Shown: positions 24,501 to 37,737, counted from the first letter of the stretch. The stretch: DNA of 64,000 nt from Macrostomum hystrix (GCA_950097015.1 CATNEN010000038.1:24924001-24988000); one strand, 5' to 3'. The notes: generated by a model from the letters alone, not told the origin. Program-made: numbers and translations.

Positions 24501-26970
24501 TTGAGCAGGTGTGCCATTGGTGTACTCAAAGTTTATTCATTCATTTCGATAAAGGCGAATCTAAACTATAGGCGAATAGTCAGATCGAACCTATCCATCT
24601 AGCCAATGATCTGAGTAATAGATCCAGCCAAAATCACTTAGATCTATAGATATTTTTTTGATTTAGTCGCTCCGGTCTATAGACAGTTAGGAGATTTTGT
24701 CACTCAGATCTATAGACAGTTATTAGCAGATCCATAGTCACTTAAATAAATTTATAGATAATAAATCTTGCCACTAAAATCTATAAATAGTAGATTTAGT
24801 CATTCAAATCTATAGATAGTAGATCTAGTCGCTCAGATCTATAGACAGTTAGTTGATCTAGTCTCTTGGATCTATTGACAGTTATAATAGATCTAATCAC
24901 TTAAATCAATAATTAGACAATAGTTCTAGTCATTCAAATCTATAGATAGTAGATCTAGTCGCTCAGATCTATAGACAGTTAAATTGATCTAGTCTCTTGG
25001 ATCTATTGACAGTTAATAGATCTAGTCGCTCAGATCTATAGGCAGTTTGTTGATCTAGTCTCTTGAATCTATTGACAGTTAATAGATCTAGTCGCTCAGA
25101 TCTCTAGATAATAGATCTAGTCACTTAAATCAATAATTAGATAATAGTTCTAGTCATTCAAATCTATAGATAGTAGGTCTAGTCGCTCAGATCTATAGAC
25201 AGTTAGTTGATCTAGTCTCTTGGATCTATTGACAGTTAATAGATCTAGTCGCTCAGATCTATAGATAGTAGATCTAGTCACTTAAATCAATAATTAGATA
25301 ATAGTTCTAGTCATTCAAATCTATAGATAGTAGATCTAGTCGCTCAGATCTATAGACAGTTAATTGATCTAGTCTCTTGGATCTATTGACAGTTAATAGA
25401 TCTAGTCGCTCAGATCTATAGATAGTAGATCTAGTCACACAAATCTATAGATAGTAAATCTATTCACGTAGATCTATAGAAAGTTATTAGATCTAATCAC
25501 TCCGTTCCACCAGGCCGCGTACTGCCCGGCCCACATGATCCCCGGAGTGGAGCCCAGCCCAGACAAGATGCTGCAGGGTCGGCTGTACAGCTACACGGAC
25601 ACGCACAGGCACCGCCTAGGCACCAACTACATGCAGCTCCCTGTCAACTGCCCCTACATGGCTCGCACTCGCAACTATCAACGCGACGGTCCGCAGTGCA
25701 TGGGCAAGAATCAGGGCGGTGCGCCCAACTATCATCCGAATAGTTTTAGCGGCCCGGCTGAAACTCGGAACCCGCTGCACACTGAGCACCGCTACAAGCT
25801 TAGCGGGGAAGTCGGCAGGCACGACTCGGCTGATGAGGATAATTTCTCTCAGGTTGGCCAATTCTGGCGCAAAGTGTTGAGCGACTCCGAGAGGCAACGA
25901 TTGGCTAGGAATATCGCCGATCATTTGAAGGGCGCCCAGAGGTTTATTCAGGAGAGATCCATCAAGTGAGTGCTCATTGTTAAACTTTGTGATCCCAGAA
26001 ATTTCCCATTATTATTTTTTTCTTGAAATTAAAAAGCCCTAACTTTTTCTTCCTAAAAATTTACAAAAAATCCTTAAACTTTGGGGTTCACGAATTAAAT
26101 ATTCCTGAATTTAGTTATCCCAAATTAAAAAGTCCCTAAATGCAATGATCCCAATTTATAAATCCTAAACTTCGTAATAGCCAAACTTAAAACCCATACG
26201 CCTAAAAATCCATAATTAAAATCCCTTAAGCTTAATAATACCATAATTAAAATCCACTAAGCTTAATAATACCATAATTAAAATCCACTAAGCTTAATAA
26301 TACCATAATTAAAATCCACTAAGCTTAATAATACCATAATTAAATTTCCCTAAGCTTAATAATACCATAATTAAATTTCCCTAAGCTTAATAATACCATA
26401 ATTAAATTTCCCTAAGCTTAATAATACTATAATTAAATTTCCCTAAGCTTAATTATACCATAATTAAAATCCACTAAGCTTAATAATACCATAATTAAAT
26501 TTCCCTAAGCTTAATTATACCATAATTAAATTTCCCTAAGCTTAATTATACCATAATTAAAATCCACTAAGCTTAATAATACCATAATTAAATTTCCCTA
26601 AGCTTAATTATACCATAATTAAATTTCCCTAAGCTTAATAATACCATAATTAAAATCTCGATAATTAAAATCCCCATAATTAAAAATCCCCAAGCTTAAT
26701 AATACCATAATTAAAATCCCCATAATTAAAATCAGCTAATGCTGGTACATATTTACAAGTTGGTATTAAATCATAAAAAATTCACATCCGATATATAATG
26801 ACCTTGTGGCTTCACAATCGCATTTTCTTATCTACACGCATTGTTATAATACTCGAAAATAAAAGTGCAATTAAATTCTACGATTTTCCAGGAATTTCGC
26901 CCAGTGCGATCCCGAGTACGGCGCTGCTATTCAAAAGTACCTGGACAAGAATCCGACTAATAAGCTGTGA
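21523..26970 (+). CDS. CAT: Monofunctional heme catalase, ~505 aa
   Basis: Exons 21523-21585, 22254-22422, 23264-23374, 23450-23710, 24126-24508, 25514-25965, 26892-26970. [15 protein letters not shown] active site; [12 protein letters not shown]; heme ligand RLYSYTDTH; C-terminal -NKL (PTS1-like); AATAAA at 27061. Confidence 0.96.
21880..21974. repeat. ~27-bp inverted repeat (hairpin / MITE-like), catalase intron 1
   Basis: ATTCATCATAGTCTATGGCTAAAAGTC ... GACTTTTCAGCCATAGACTATGATGAAT. Confidence 0.8.
22512..23095. repeat. 35-bp minisatellite GGGATTTTGGAAAGGATTGGGATTCCTTCGATGCT, catalase intron 2
   Basis: About 16 copies. Confidence 0.95.
23716..24070. repeat. 23-bp minisatellite GGGCAGGTAGATCACGTGATATT shifting to GGATGCAGGTAGATCATGTCAAT, catalase intron 4
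   Basis: About 15 copies; each carries CAG|GTAG, one carries CAG|GTAAGT. Confidence 0.93.
24635..25500. repeat. Higher-order AGATCT/TCTAGA-rich tandem repeat, catalase intron 5
   Basis: Recurrent TAGATCTAGTCGCTCAGATCTATAGA variants. Confidence 0.85.
26210..26730. repeat. 31-bp minisatellite TAAGCTTAATAATACCATAATTAAATTTCCC, catalase intron 6
   Basis: About 15 copies. Confidence 0.93.
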
Positions 26971-27416
26971 ACCATCTGAGTGGAGTTACCGCCGTTCAAT
27001 AGAGCGAACGTTATATCAATAACCTATGACGAATTCTTAAGTTAATAATATTCACGTCTAAATAAAATTTTATACTTTTTTGACATTGTCTCGACTTAAC
27101 TTCAAACTGCTTGATTGCAAACAAATTATTGAATTGGTGGCATGTGCCTCATTGTTAACCCTTCGTTTTTTATATCATTCATTGGGCATTAATTAAATTT
27201 GAATTCAAACGAGAATTCTGAATATTTAATAAATATGCTTCTACAGTAGCTCACTTGTTTTGAATTTCTATAGATAATATTTATCGTTGATTAATTAAAT
27301 TTGCCATTGTTTTTTAATTAAAAATAAATTCATATTTAGCTACGAAAAGTTTTAATTTCAAGTCGTACATCTAAAATATTGCTTTTTGTGTCCTTTGCGT
27401 CTATATATATTTAGAA

Positions 27417-27447
<31 letters not shown>

Positions 27448-27530
27448 AATACTAATATTAGACAAAACCAGTTCCTATGTACAGCCACCAGATGAGCTCA
27501 TACATTCTAAGGATTTTTATAAGTCAGGAA

Positions 27531-27850
27531 GCAGGTTGTAAGCCTAGCGGTAAGAGCGTCACGACTCACGACTTAAAGGTCGGGGGTTCGATTCTCGACT
27601 CCACTGTAACAATTTGTGTAACCTGTAGCAAGACACTTAACTCTGCATTGTTTCAGTTCACCAAGCTGTTAAATGGGGTACCAGCATTAGTTGGGGCAAT
27701 GGGTGTGGCGTCCCCCAGTCCATGGACTGAACAGCCGTACGCAGCCTTCAGTTGCAACAGCTGCGGCTAGCTGTGCTGTGTCGGCTGCACATCTGGCCAA
27801 ACTAGGGCAGGTGTTATCAGTTAATATTACTATTAGTATTATTAATTATC
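27531..27850 (+). mobile_element. SINE family B (tRNA head + CORE-like domain)
   Basis: A-box TAGCGGTAAG and B-box GGTTCGATTC; GCAAGACACTTAACTCTGCATTGTTTCAGTTCACCAAGCTGTTAAATGGGG resembles the CORE-SINE domain; (TTA)n-like tail; homologues at 32043, 38190, 57640, 63240. Confidence 0.78.
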
Positions 27851-27880
27851 AGTCCGGAATTTCTGGTATTAACTTTACAA

Positions 27881-28046
27881 TAGCAATCCATTCTATTTCT
27901 TCGCCAAGTAGGCTATAGACTAGCAATCCATTCTATTCCTTCGCCAAGTAGGCTAGACTAGCAATCCATTCTATTCCTTCGCCAAGTAGGCTAGACTAGC
28001 AATCCATTCTTTTCCTTCACCAAGTAGGCTAGACTAGCAATCCATT
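27881..28046. repeat. 38-bp tandem repeat GACTAGCAATCCATTCTATTCCTTCGCCAAGTAGGCTA (~4 copies)
   Basis: Direct reading; lies just upstream of the RNF216-like gene. Confidence 0.9.
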
Positions 28047-28140
28047 GCAACTATATGTTATTTTTTAAGTATTTTTCAAGGCTACAGTGGACAAGAAATG
28101 CGCTTGTCAACACACACCAGGCAATCATTTTAGCTCAATC

Positions 28141-31100
28141 ATGTCCAGTCAAGAGTTTAGCCAACCGTCCGGCTCTCCTACTCGAAGCGATGCAGCGACT
28201 GCGCCCGATGACCCGCCAACACCAGACTATGAGGATTTGAGGCGAAACATTGAAACTTACGCTCCCGAAGCCCTAGATCGATTGCTAACTAAGCTGGCTG
28301 ATCGGTCAACTGAAAGTACTCGGCCACCCCAGACTGAACCACCTGCCGAACCACCGCTATCAAAGATTTTGACTCAGCAACTTTTGACAGTTTTTCCTCA
28401 CGCATGTCCGGAATATGCAGCCTCCGAGGTCACCAATTACCTGGCCGAGTTCGATAATTCTAGTAGTTCTATAGCACTCGAGGACATCGATTTGGAGCCG
28501 CTAGTTAACCGTTGGTTAGTGAACGGCTATCGTAAACGGGTTAAGAAATGGCAGCAGCAGCAGAATAATCAACAGGGTGCACAATCCACCTCAGCGCGTG
28601 AAGATGCTGAGCAACTAGAAGGCGCTGATCCCGACGAGGGCACCATGTTTGACTGGAGGCATCGAATGCATGATTTTCGAATGCGTCAACCTGTGTTTGA
28701 CGCGTTGGCTTCTGAATTTCCGCTGGTGTCTAAGCGGTGAGTTGTTTAATTAGGACATTGTAAAATGTAAAGCAGAATATTTCAACAAAATAAAACATGA
28801 AAGTAAATAATAACTCAATAACGTTATATCAATGGATAGCATCTGGTATTAGGTGAATGGCATGAGGTTTCCAGAGAATAGCATGAGATTTCGGGGGAAA
28901 GTGTAAAGTATTAAGTAAAAGACATAATATTTATGAAGACAATAATTATATTTCTAGGAAAAAACGTGAGATTTCCAGGAAAAAAACATGACATTTCCAG
29001 GAAAAAAACGTGAGTTTTCCAGGAAATAAACATAACATTTCCAGGAAAAAACATGACATTTCCAGGGGAAAAACATGATATTTCCAGGAAAAAAACACAT
29101 GACATTTCCAGGAAATAAACATGACATTTCCAGGAAAAAAACATGAGATTTCCAGGAATGAAGCAAGAGACTTCCGGGGTATAGCATGAGATTTCCAGGG
29201 GATACCATTATTAATCAATGTGGGAGCATTAATTATCAAGAAGGAAACATTAATTATCGATGGAAAAGCATAAATTATCCAGGGAAGCATAAATAACGAG
29301 GGAAAAGCATGAATTATCAAGGGCGAAGCATGAGTTATCGATGGGAAGCATGAATTATCGACAAAATTGCATGATTTTTAGAGAGAGTAGAATAAATTAT
29401 AGATGGGGGGGTAGCATGTATTAACGAGTGAAATGTATGAATTAAGGGGGTAGCATAGATTTTAGCAAGATTTGTCCAGGTATTGCATGACGTAACAAAG
29501 TAGTAGCATCTTCTACCATCAACAGTTAAAAACGAAAGTACGGTTCGAAAAAGTTTATTATTACTATCGTTTAGGTTTTTTAGTACAACTAACTGTTGAT
29601 AGTAAGAGTTATTGATTAGCTACTGTCAAAGCAAATATTTGTTTGCTTAATTGCTCTTCTCGCTCTCAGAAAAGAAAAAATTCACTTCATTTTAAATTTT
29701 AACGTTTTTTAAGCATTCTTGCAAACAATATTCAATAGGATTAAAAAAAATGAAGATAGAAAAAATTATTCCAAACTAACAACTCTTTTCCAGCATAGCT
29801 GCAAGCGGTATCGATTAAATTATTGTAGTTAAAAACCTACTTTCAACCCTAACCCAGGTCGCTATCGCAGGTGGTGAAGGCGTTCAAATACTGCCTTCCA
29901 GCTGCCTATCGTTTTATCTACAAATTCCTGACCTTCTCAGGCCAGCTATGCCTGCCGATAGGCTCTAACTTAACTAGACCAGCATCTATCAATCTTAGCG
30001 AAGCCACAGCCTCTGCCGCCGCTGCTGGCGACGATAGTCTGGATTATCACAAACTACCATTCGATTGTCCTCATCAAGTGACGCTGATTAGCGAATCTAA
30101 CGATAGCACTGCTACTAGCAGTAGTAGCGCGGTTGGCTCAGTTAGTCGAAAATTGTCGTCTGAGTTAAACGAATCGCATCCGGAGTTAATGGCCGAATTG
30201 CGATTTGTTAGAGGCCTATTGGCTGACCAGATGTCGACTGTTGAATCTGAGGATACATCTATTAGCCTATCTGGGCCGCCAATGGACGACGCATCTGTCA
30301 AAGCTGATGTGAGCCTACTAAAGCAAATATGCTTGCACTCGTTTGTTGCATCGAGTAAAAACAAAACATTGGCTATAGTCTATGGCAGGGGGTGAGTGAC
30401 AGCGGTCTAAACCGTTTTGCCTCATCTTGCACTAAGGTCCCTGCGCTGTAATCCGCTTCTGTGGAGTCGGGAAACGAACCCCTGACCTTTAAGTCGAAAA
30501 GCAAATGCTCTAACCACTAGTCTACCACCCCCACAGCCGGGGAGAAAAGGCTTGGGGGGCTGTTCGTGAAATTTGCACCCTTAAGCGCCAATCTCAAAGG
30601 GGCAGTGAAAGTGCACACTGCCTGACGACGAGAAAGTCACGGTATCTGTGTGAGTGCTCAGGATTTAGTGCTCACAGCCCTCAAAGTACCTCGATAATAT
30701 AATTTTAATTGCAGGAGGGCTGCGGGCAGTGGCGCATCATTTAGTGACACTAGACCCACAGTGTACACTTTCACTGTGCCTTTGAGGTTGGCCCTCAAGG
30801 GCGTAAATTCCACGACAAGCCCCCAATTTAATGTGGCCTCGCCGCGGAATCGAGCTCAGGGACCTTGGGCGAGAGGCAAACGAGTTAACCGCTCTGCCAC
30901 TCAATGCAAGTATCATAGTAGACAAGGGGCGAGTGGGTCAGCGGCTAACGTCGCTGCCTCGCACTCCAAAGGACGCTAGTTCGATTTACCCTTCAAGTCA
31001 CGATTAATTTCGGGACTTGTTGGAGGGTTTGGACAGTAGCGACCGGCGGAGGTGCACCATATTTCGTGCAATCAAAGCTTGAAATAATAGCTTCGCTCCT

Positions 31101-33312
31101 ACCTTTCTGTGTGCCTGTTCTGCGTTGTGTGAGTTGTGTGCGTTGGCGCTGGGGCGTGAGGCCTTGCGGGGGGTGGCTGGAGGGCGGGTGTACACCGCCG
31201 CGCGCTTTCTGGACTTCCGTCAGCGCGATTGGATAAGTGTACACTCATCACCCGCCCCCAGCCCCACACGCACATAGCAGACCAAGCCGGGGCGGAAGTC
31301 TGATAAGAAATCAGTCCTCAGGGGGGGTGGGGGGGCACTGCTGCCTATTCTGGGTGCCTCCTGCCCTCCCCGGCTGGTCTGTGCTGCTGTGTGTGGTGCC
31401 TGCTCAGGGGAGGCGGCGCGATGGGCGCAAAAGCGCCTAGTTCGCCGGTCTGGGGGCGTGCCGCTACGTCGCTTGTGCGACAAGTGCCCCGGGCCCCCCT
31501 GCAAAATAGATAGATAGATCATAATAGACAGTTTAAAATTTACCCCAATTTTTCATTGAACAGAGAAACTCGAATCCATCGGCTTCAACCATTCCGAAGT
31601 CCTTGGCCGGTGTCTCGCCATCGCCGGCTGCCAACTTCGAGTGCGAGTGCTGCCTCGGCGAATTCCAATTCGACGCCATGTGCCAGTGCCCCGAGGGTCA
31701 CCTTTTCTGCCGGCCCTGCCTAGCAGCCTACGTTAAAGAGAAAGTGTTCGGTATTGGCCGTTCAGCTTTGCAATGCATGTCGCCGAACTGTGAGCAAGTG
31801 TTCCTGCGCTCCCAGCTCTGCTTGGCAGTTGACGATGCCACTCTAACTAGATTGGACGAACGAGCCGCCGAGGACAGCGTCCGGAGCATCAGCCGACTGT
31901 TCCGTTGTCCAGCCTGCAATTGGGGCGCCGAGATCGACGATGCTACGGACGATGTTGCGGCTGCGTCTGCTAGCGCTGATGGTGCTGCTGATGCTGGTGC
32001 TGATGCTGGACCAAGCAGGAGCAGCAATAAGGTTTGTTTTTGAGGAGTTTTAGCCTGGTGACCGTCCGACCTTTGACTTGAAGGTCGGGAGTTCTATTCC
32101 CGACTTGACTTGACCAATTTTTGTCCTTTAGCAATACACTTGACTCCGCATTGCGTTAGCTCACCCAGCTTTTAAATGGGTACCAGAATCAGTTGGCGCA
32201 ATAGCTGCGGCTGTGCTTGGCAGGTGTAATAAATTATTTGTTTATTAATAAAACTGGTTTTTTATTTACACACCAGTGTTTGAGTGTGTGCTCAGGGGTC
32301 AGCAAAATCGTAGAATCGCTTCATTGCTCACAGTCATGCAAACTACGCTCCATCTTCATGATCATCACCCGTACAGGTGTTCACGTGTCTCAACTGCGAG
32401 AAGGAGGTCTGCCGCCTATGCGGCGTCGACTGGGAGGACCACTTCGGCAAGCGATGCTCTGAAATCGAGTGCGACATTGAGACCAAGCTAAGGCGAGAAT
32501 TCGAAGAGAGAATGACCGAGGCTCGAGTCAGGATCTGCTACCAATGCAACGCCTCCGTAATGAAAACTTCTGGCTGCAATCACATCACCTGCAGGTAGGA
32601 CTGCCTTCTTTCACATGGGCTTTGATGATCGTGTGCGACAGGCTGACAGGATAAGACAAGATCAGATGTGACAGGCTGTCAGGATAAGACAAGATCAGAT
32701 GAGACAGGCTGCCAGGATAATACAAGATCATATGGGACAGGCTGTCAGGATAAGACAAGATCAGATCAGATCAGATGTGACAGACAGGGCAATATCTGAC
32801 AAGATGAGATGTGACAGACAGGGCAATATCTGACAAGATGAGATGTGACAGACAGGGCAATATCTGACAAGATGAGATGTGACAGACAGGGCAATATCTG
32901 ACAAGATGAGATGTGACAGACAGGGCAATATCTGACAAGATGAGATGTGACAGACAGGGCAATATCTGACAAGATGAGATGTGACAGACAGGGCAATATC
33001 TGACAAGATCTTATCCCTTCCACCTCTGCGCGCAGATGTGGCGCCCACTTCTGCTACATCTGTCGCGGCGCATTGCCGCCTCAGAATCCCTACAGCCATT
33101 TCTGCAATCACGGCCACCCCGCTGGAGCCGACAGTTGCATTCAAGGCTGCAACCGATGCCCGGTGCAGTCCAGCACGGAGCAGGACGAGAGGCGTGCCAT
33201 CAGCGAGCTGAGAGCCCAGGGTTTGAAGCGGCAGCGAGAGGAGGGCTTCCAGGAGAGACCGATTGGGCCGGACCAGCAGGAGACGGCTGCTAAACGGTCT
33301 AGGCAGAGTTGA
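28141..33312 (+). CDS. RNF216: RBR (RING1-IBR-RING2) E3 ubiquitin ligase, RNF216/TRIAD3-like, ~669 aa
   Basis: Exons 28141-28736, 29858-30308, 31564-32031, 32377-32594, 33036-33312. RING1 CECC..CPEGHLFCRPC; IBR CPAC..CLNCEKEVCRLC..H..C; RING2 CYQC..GCNHITCRCGAHFCYIC; C-terminal YSHFCNH...IGP typical of RNF216. Confidence 0.85.
28950..29205. repeat. ~22-bp degenerate repeat TTTCCAGGAAAAAAACATGACA, RNF216-like intron 1
   Basis: About 10 copies, each with TTTCCAG|G. Confidence 0.85.
30384..30905. mobile_element. Nested SINE fragments (family A on + with a family B head inserted on -, then family A on -)
   Basis: Similarity to 58813-59180 in both orientations; 30460-30530 matches the family B head at 57877-57945. 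Confidence 0.65.
30925..31517 (+). mobile_element. SINE family C, full-length (~590 bp)
   Basis: tRNA-like head (TGGGTCAGCGG...GTTCGATT), (ATAG)n tail, TSD ATCATA(G/A)TAGACA at 30912-30924 and 31518-31530; 3' part matches 1-371. Confidence 0.82.
32043..32250 (+). mobile_element. SINE family B, degenerate copy
   Basis: Similarity to 27531-27850. Confidence 0.65.
32632..33010. repeat. 34-bp minisatellite GACAAGATGAGATGTGACAGACAGGGCAATATCT, RNF216-like intron 4
   Basis: About 7 perfect copies preceded by older variants. Confidence 0.93.
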
Positions 33313-33719
33313 AAATTGACGCGCAAACCAGACCCGATATAAAAATTACACAATCGCCGTAAAGTGATTTGCTGTTTAGCGACACAGACTAGCAAGTTTT
33401 GCCCCCCTTCGGGGGAGCACTACTGGTCAGACAAAAAAATCTTGTGCAATGCAGAAGGACAAAACACACCTGAAAGCAAACAAAAACGTAAACTCATTTC
33501 GTCAGTCATAATTTCCCTGATTGCGAATATACGTTATTGCGAGTCAACGAGAATTAGAATTCTCACTAAATACAAAAATAGTCAGTCTGAGCTTGAATAC
33601 ATTCTGAGACATCCGGTCAGTACACCAAGTGCCCCATTGGGGCAAAAATAACCCAAGTAACTTACGTTTGATACAACTCAGCTTAATGCTGCTGAGGTAC
33701 ATGTGAATACTATCCCCTC

Positions 33720-34056
33720 AGCAATAAAAAACTAATTCCCCCCCAGCAGCAGAGAACTAATTTCCCCCCTGCAGCAAAGAACTAATTCCCCCAGCAGCAG
33801 AGAACTAATTTCCCCCCTGCAGCAAAGAACTAATTCCCCCAGCAGCAGAGAACTAATTCCCCCCTAATTCCCCCCCCAGCAGCAGAGAACTAATTTCCCC
33901 CCTGCAGCAAAGAACTAATTCCCCCAGCAGCAGAGAACTAATTCCTCCCCTGCAGCAGAGAACTAATTCCCCCTAATTCCCCCAAGCAGCAGAGAACTAA
34001 TTCCCCCAAGCAGCAGAGAACTAATTCCCCCCTAATTCCCCTCAGCAGCAGAGAAT
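33720..34056. repeat. ~24-bp repeat CCCCCAGCAGCAGAGAACTAATT, 3' of RNF216-like gene
   Basis: About 13 variant copies. Confidence 0.88.
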
Positions 34057-34825
34057 AGCGACACAGATATAGCAAGTCGGGTGGTTCTACAAACAAGAAT
34101 TCGCTAATAATACATAGAAAAAGGCTAGATTTTTTGTAATTTTTTTGCATGCTGAAAAAAATTTCTGAAAGTTTTTTAGAAGCTTTTCATAACGTCTACA
34201 AGTTTTTTATATATTTGCCAAATTAGTGGCTTTTTATCGAAAGTTTTGTTTTAAAGTGGAGCTTGCTTACTTATGAAGCCATCCTGACCAAAGCTTTTTA
34301 CCTGACTAAACAAGTTATATCGCTACTGCTCTCACCGCGAAATCTCTGCTAATTAGAATGGCTACAGTGATATGACTCTCTCGCATAGATTTATATTTCT
34401 GTATCATATTTTTAATATATATTGTGCCTAGTCTGTTCTGATATCTTTAGCTTTTGAAACAATATTCTTAAGAATCCATGCAAAAGTATGTTGCATATTT
34501 TGTGTCAGTTTAGGCACACTGCATGTCGCCGCTACTTTAGCGGTAGAGTGGTAGAATCATGATGGCAGCAATGCGAGCACCCCAAGGAGTTGCATGGCGG
34601 TCCTAAGTTTTTTAACTGAGTCCCTTGAGGACTGTGTCTCAGGCACTTAAATATATAATATAAGACAATAATATATCATTTTTGTTTATTATTCAAATTT
34701 ATATGTTATCGAAATAATTGTAGAAACTTTTCATAATTTTTTTAAGGCGCCTTGCGTAACTAGGGGCCCATAAATAGCAGTTTGAATATGCTGGCTATTT
34801 GAGAAGCCGACCTCGTTTGGCTATA

Positions 34826-34868
34826 ACTGACTGACGAGGACAAACAAGCCCGAAATCGCTGTCTCAGT
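34826..34868 (+). ncRNA. Minimal type I hammerhead ribozyme motif
   Basis: Stem I ACUGA/UCAGU; core CUGACGA; stem II GGAC-AAACAA-GCCC (one mismatch); GAAA; minimal stem III U-CGCU-G; GUC cleavage triplet at 34861-34863. Confidence 0.7.
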
Positions 34869-35557
34869 CTGCAATGCATGGTTCGATTCCCGCTGCTAGC
34901 CGCTGATAATCGCGTCTGTCTTGCGTACTTTGACTACCTGCTGTGCCATAGGGCGCCTCATTCTTTACAGAGCCGGGAAATTAGATCGCGTTGCGCAGCA
35001 GCTAGGGTCAAAACCAAGGACCACCAGTAGTTAGCCTTGGTAGTCCTTGGAGTCTACTTTAGTAGTCCTTGGTCACAACACACGGTGAACACGACGCAGT
35101 AAAAGACTGCTTTGTGTGAATTATAGCTTACAACTCAATATTGCATGCAGTCGACACAAGAATAATGTGCAAATAGTAAAATTAGTAGTCAATGATGCGC
35201 GTTTTAAATATTTTAAAATTTCTTTCAAGTTTTATTATTTGCTGTTAAGCATCTAGCCCATTCATGAACCACAATATCGTTCATTTACAGTCCGTGTAAA
35301 AACGATGCCGATCATGCCTTATTTGGCACAAAGTCCGAAATAAATTAAGCACAAGTAACGACAAAAAAAACGTATAAAAGTTTAAATTTTTTTTATTAAT
35401 ATGGGTATTTATGTCATTTTTGTGTTTTAAAAGTTTTACTGCTTTTAAGTTTCGTTTTAATGACTTAGTTTTTAGCAAAATTTTTAAATTCGGCAGACCG
35501 TCCGAACCGTGCTCGCTTTACGAAGTTCTAAATGTTTAACAATACGTTGCTAGAAAC

Positions 35558-35727
35558 CAGTGGCGTAGCGAGGGGGTATCGGTGTATCAGCCGATACCGC
35601 CAAAATTTGATGTCTCAAATTTTTTCGCATTCCGTTTCTTCGAAAGAAATGAATTAATTGTTTTTTATTCTGGATACGCTGGATAAACCAAAACCGATAT
35701 CCCCAAGAAATCCTGGCTACGCCCCTG
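35558..35727. mobile_element. hAT-type MITE
   Basis: TIRs CAGTGGCGTAGC / GCTACGCCCCTG; 8-bp TSD CTAGAAAC / CTAGAGAC. Confidence 0.8.
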
Positions 35728-37737
35728 CTAGAGACTAGAGTTAAATTGACTCATGCTTACTGCTCATGCATCTTGCATGAGCCTCATGCATCTTGTATGA
35801 GCCTCATGCATAAGTAAAAAATATTGGACTAAGTAGCATACTGATTAGTTGCTCATTTTTTCATTCACTTTCTTCAGTCAAAAGCTGCTCCAATAGACCT
35901 ATTGGATTGGGCTTTTTGCAGTTGCTGTGTTGCAGACTGCACTTGCTTTGCAGTTAAGGACCTAGACCCTAGGATCTACCGTGTGTTTCGATAGTTAGGC
36001 CTAAAATAATTGTCTATATACAGTATATAGCCTTTAGTAAGCAAATTTAATAAAGTATGCACGGTGTGCACCCTAGAAATTTCTGTTGAAAGTGGAACAA
36101 TGGCAAAATCATTAGGGGCCTTTGAAGATATTGCTTAATGTTGTACTTTGTTACTAGCATAAGTGACAATAGCAAGTCACTAAAATTTGCTAACTTGCTA
36201 GGCTAATGCTAGTGAAAATAGTAAGCAGTGCTAGACCTATATCTATTGAAAAAATGTACAACTCAAATAGCAAATCTTAATAATCAAATGAATTTTAAAT
36301 AACAAAATTATATTTAGTTTTGCATCAAACAAAGGCTTGTGTTAACATACAAGATGTTTTTGTTCCTGGTCACTTTATCATCTGCTCAATGCTAAAACAA
36401 CAAATGTCTGTCATTTGGCTGATTTTGCAATGCTAAAAGGCTTTGACTCTCTTGAGAAACCAGTTTCTATAACACTCAATTGCATTTAAATCAATATAAA
36501 TGACAAATCTTGATCCCTTTGTCATTCAGCCTCTTATTCTTAGACCCTGGACACTTAAGCATCTAAATGACAAAAAAGCTGATAATGAAGCATAGAGGAG
36601 CATGTTTTTTCTATACACATTATCTAAGTATTGACTGTTATAATATTTAGACCTATAGTATACTTGTTAAACATGAAACAAATAGTCAAACCAAACAGAA
36701 ATAAAGTGGCAAAATATTTGTTTTAATCTATCCTTGCTAAATGCTAACCATTCTATTAATAATTTAGACATAAGTTTTATTGTCTGGCTTATTGATGCAT
36801 AAAAGTTGCTGTTTAGTTATGACAATTTGTGTTCAATAACTTTGCCAAACCTAATTGAGTCTAAGTACATTCATAAAAATAATGTTTTCACAACTTTGCA
36901 TTTGATTTCTTTGTGTATAGGCCTAGCTAATGAATAGGCCCTAATTATATTTACTTAAAGGTTGAATATATAAAGTAATTTAATTATTGTTCAGTTGATG
37001 ATCAGGCTTTACTTTTATCATGCACATTTTTTTCTTTGTTTGTTTTTGTTTTTTTCATTTTTTGTTTGTATTTGTAACAGATATTTGTTTACTTTAAAGT
37101 ACATATCTTATAACATGAGTACATGCTTAAGACAAGTATGCCTGCAATACTATCATTATTTATAGCAGCCAATTAAAAGCAAATTAACAGACAAGAATTA
37201 CAAAATCTAGTGTCATTCTCATTTGATTTTGTCATTAGCACTAGCTACTACAACATTATTTGTTGTTCAATGCAAGTCAAGTTAATTTACCATAAAATAG
37301 AAACTTGCCAACTTTAATTAACTAACAACATTCTAGTTTGTTGCCAAGTAATTTTTATAATTGTTAGCTCTCTAATGTGTTTTTTATCCCTATATAATGT
37401 AAGCTGAATGTTTATATTTCCAATTGTATCATTGTATTTCTAATTTATATTCATGGAAATTTTGTTAGCAAATTTTATATATTTTTCTAGGCTAAATTTT
37501 CAATTATAATCTCAAAAGTATTATTTTTGATTCAACTGTCTCATTTGAAATTTTTGATATCTGATTCAGTAGATAAATAGTTAAACATAGCTATATGCTC
37601 TGAGTTAAGTATGCATTTTCTTGAATGTTTAATGGCCAGTAAGTAGCTAGAAAAAGTGATATAAAAGTACTATTTTGTTTCTTTTATATTTTGCAGCCTT
37701 CAAAGAAAGAATACTTTAATACTTCTCAAGGCATAGC

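Noticed and set aside
27531-27605. tRNA genes at 27531, 30925, 57875 and 59110
   Set aside because: A/B boxes are followed by shared repeat bodies and simple-sequence tails, so these are SINE heads; no convincing cloverleaf.
30309-30395. Extension of RNF216-like exon 2 to the GTGAGT at 30392
   Set aside because: That donor is phase 2 and lies in a SINE; the next exon needs phase 0, which is met by GAT|GTGAGC at 30309.
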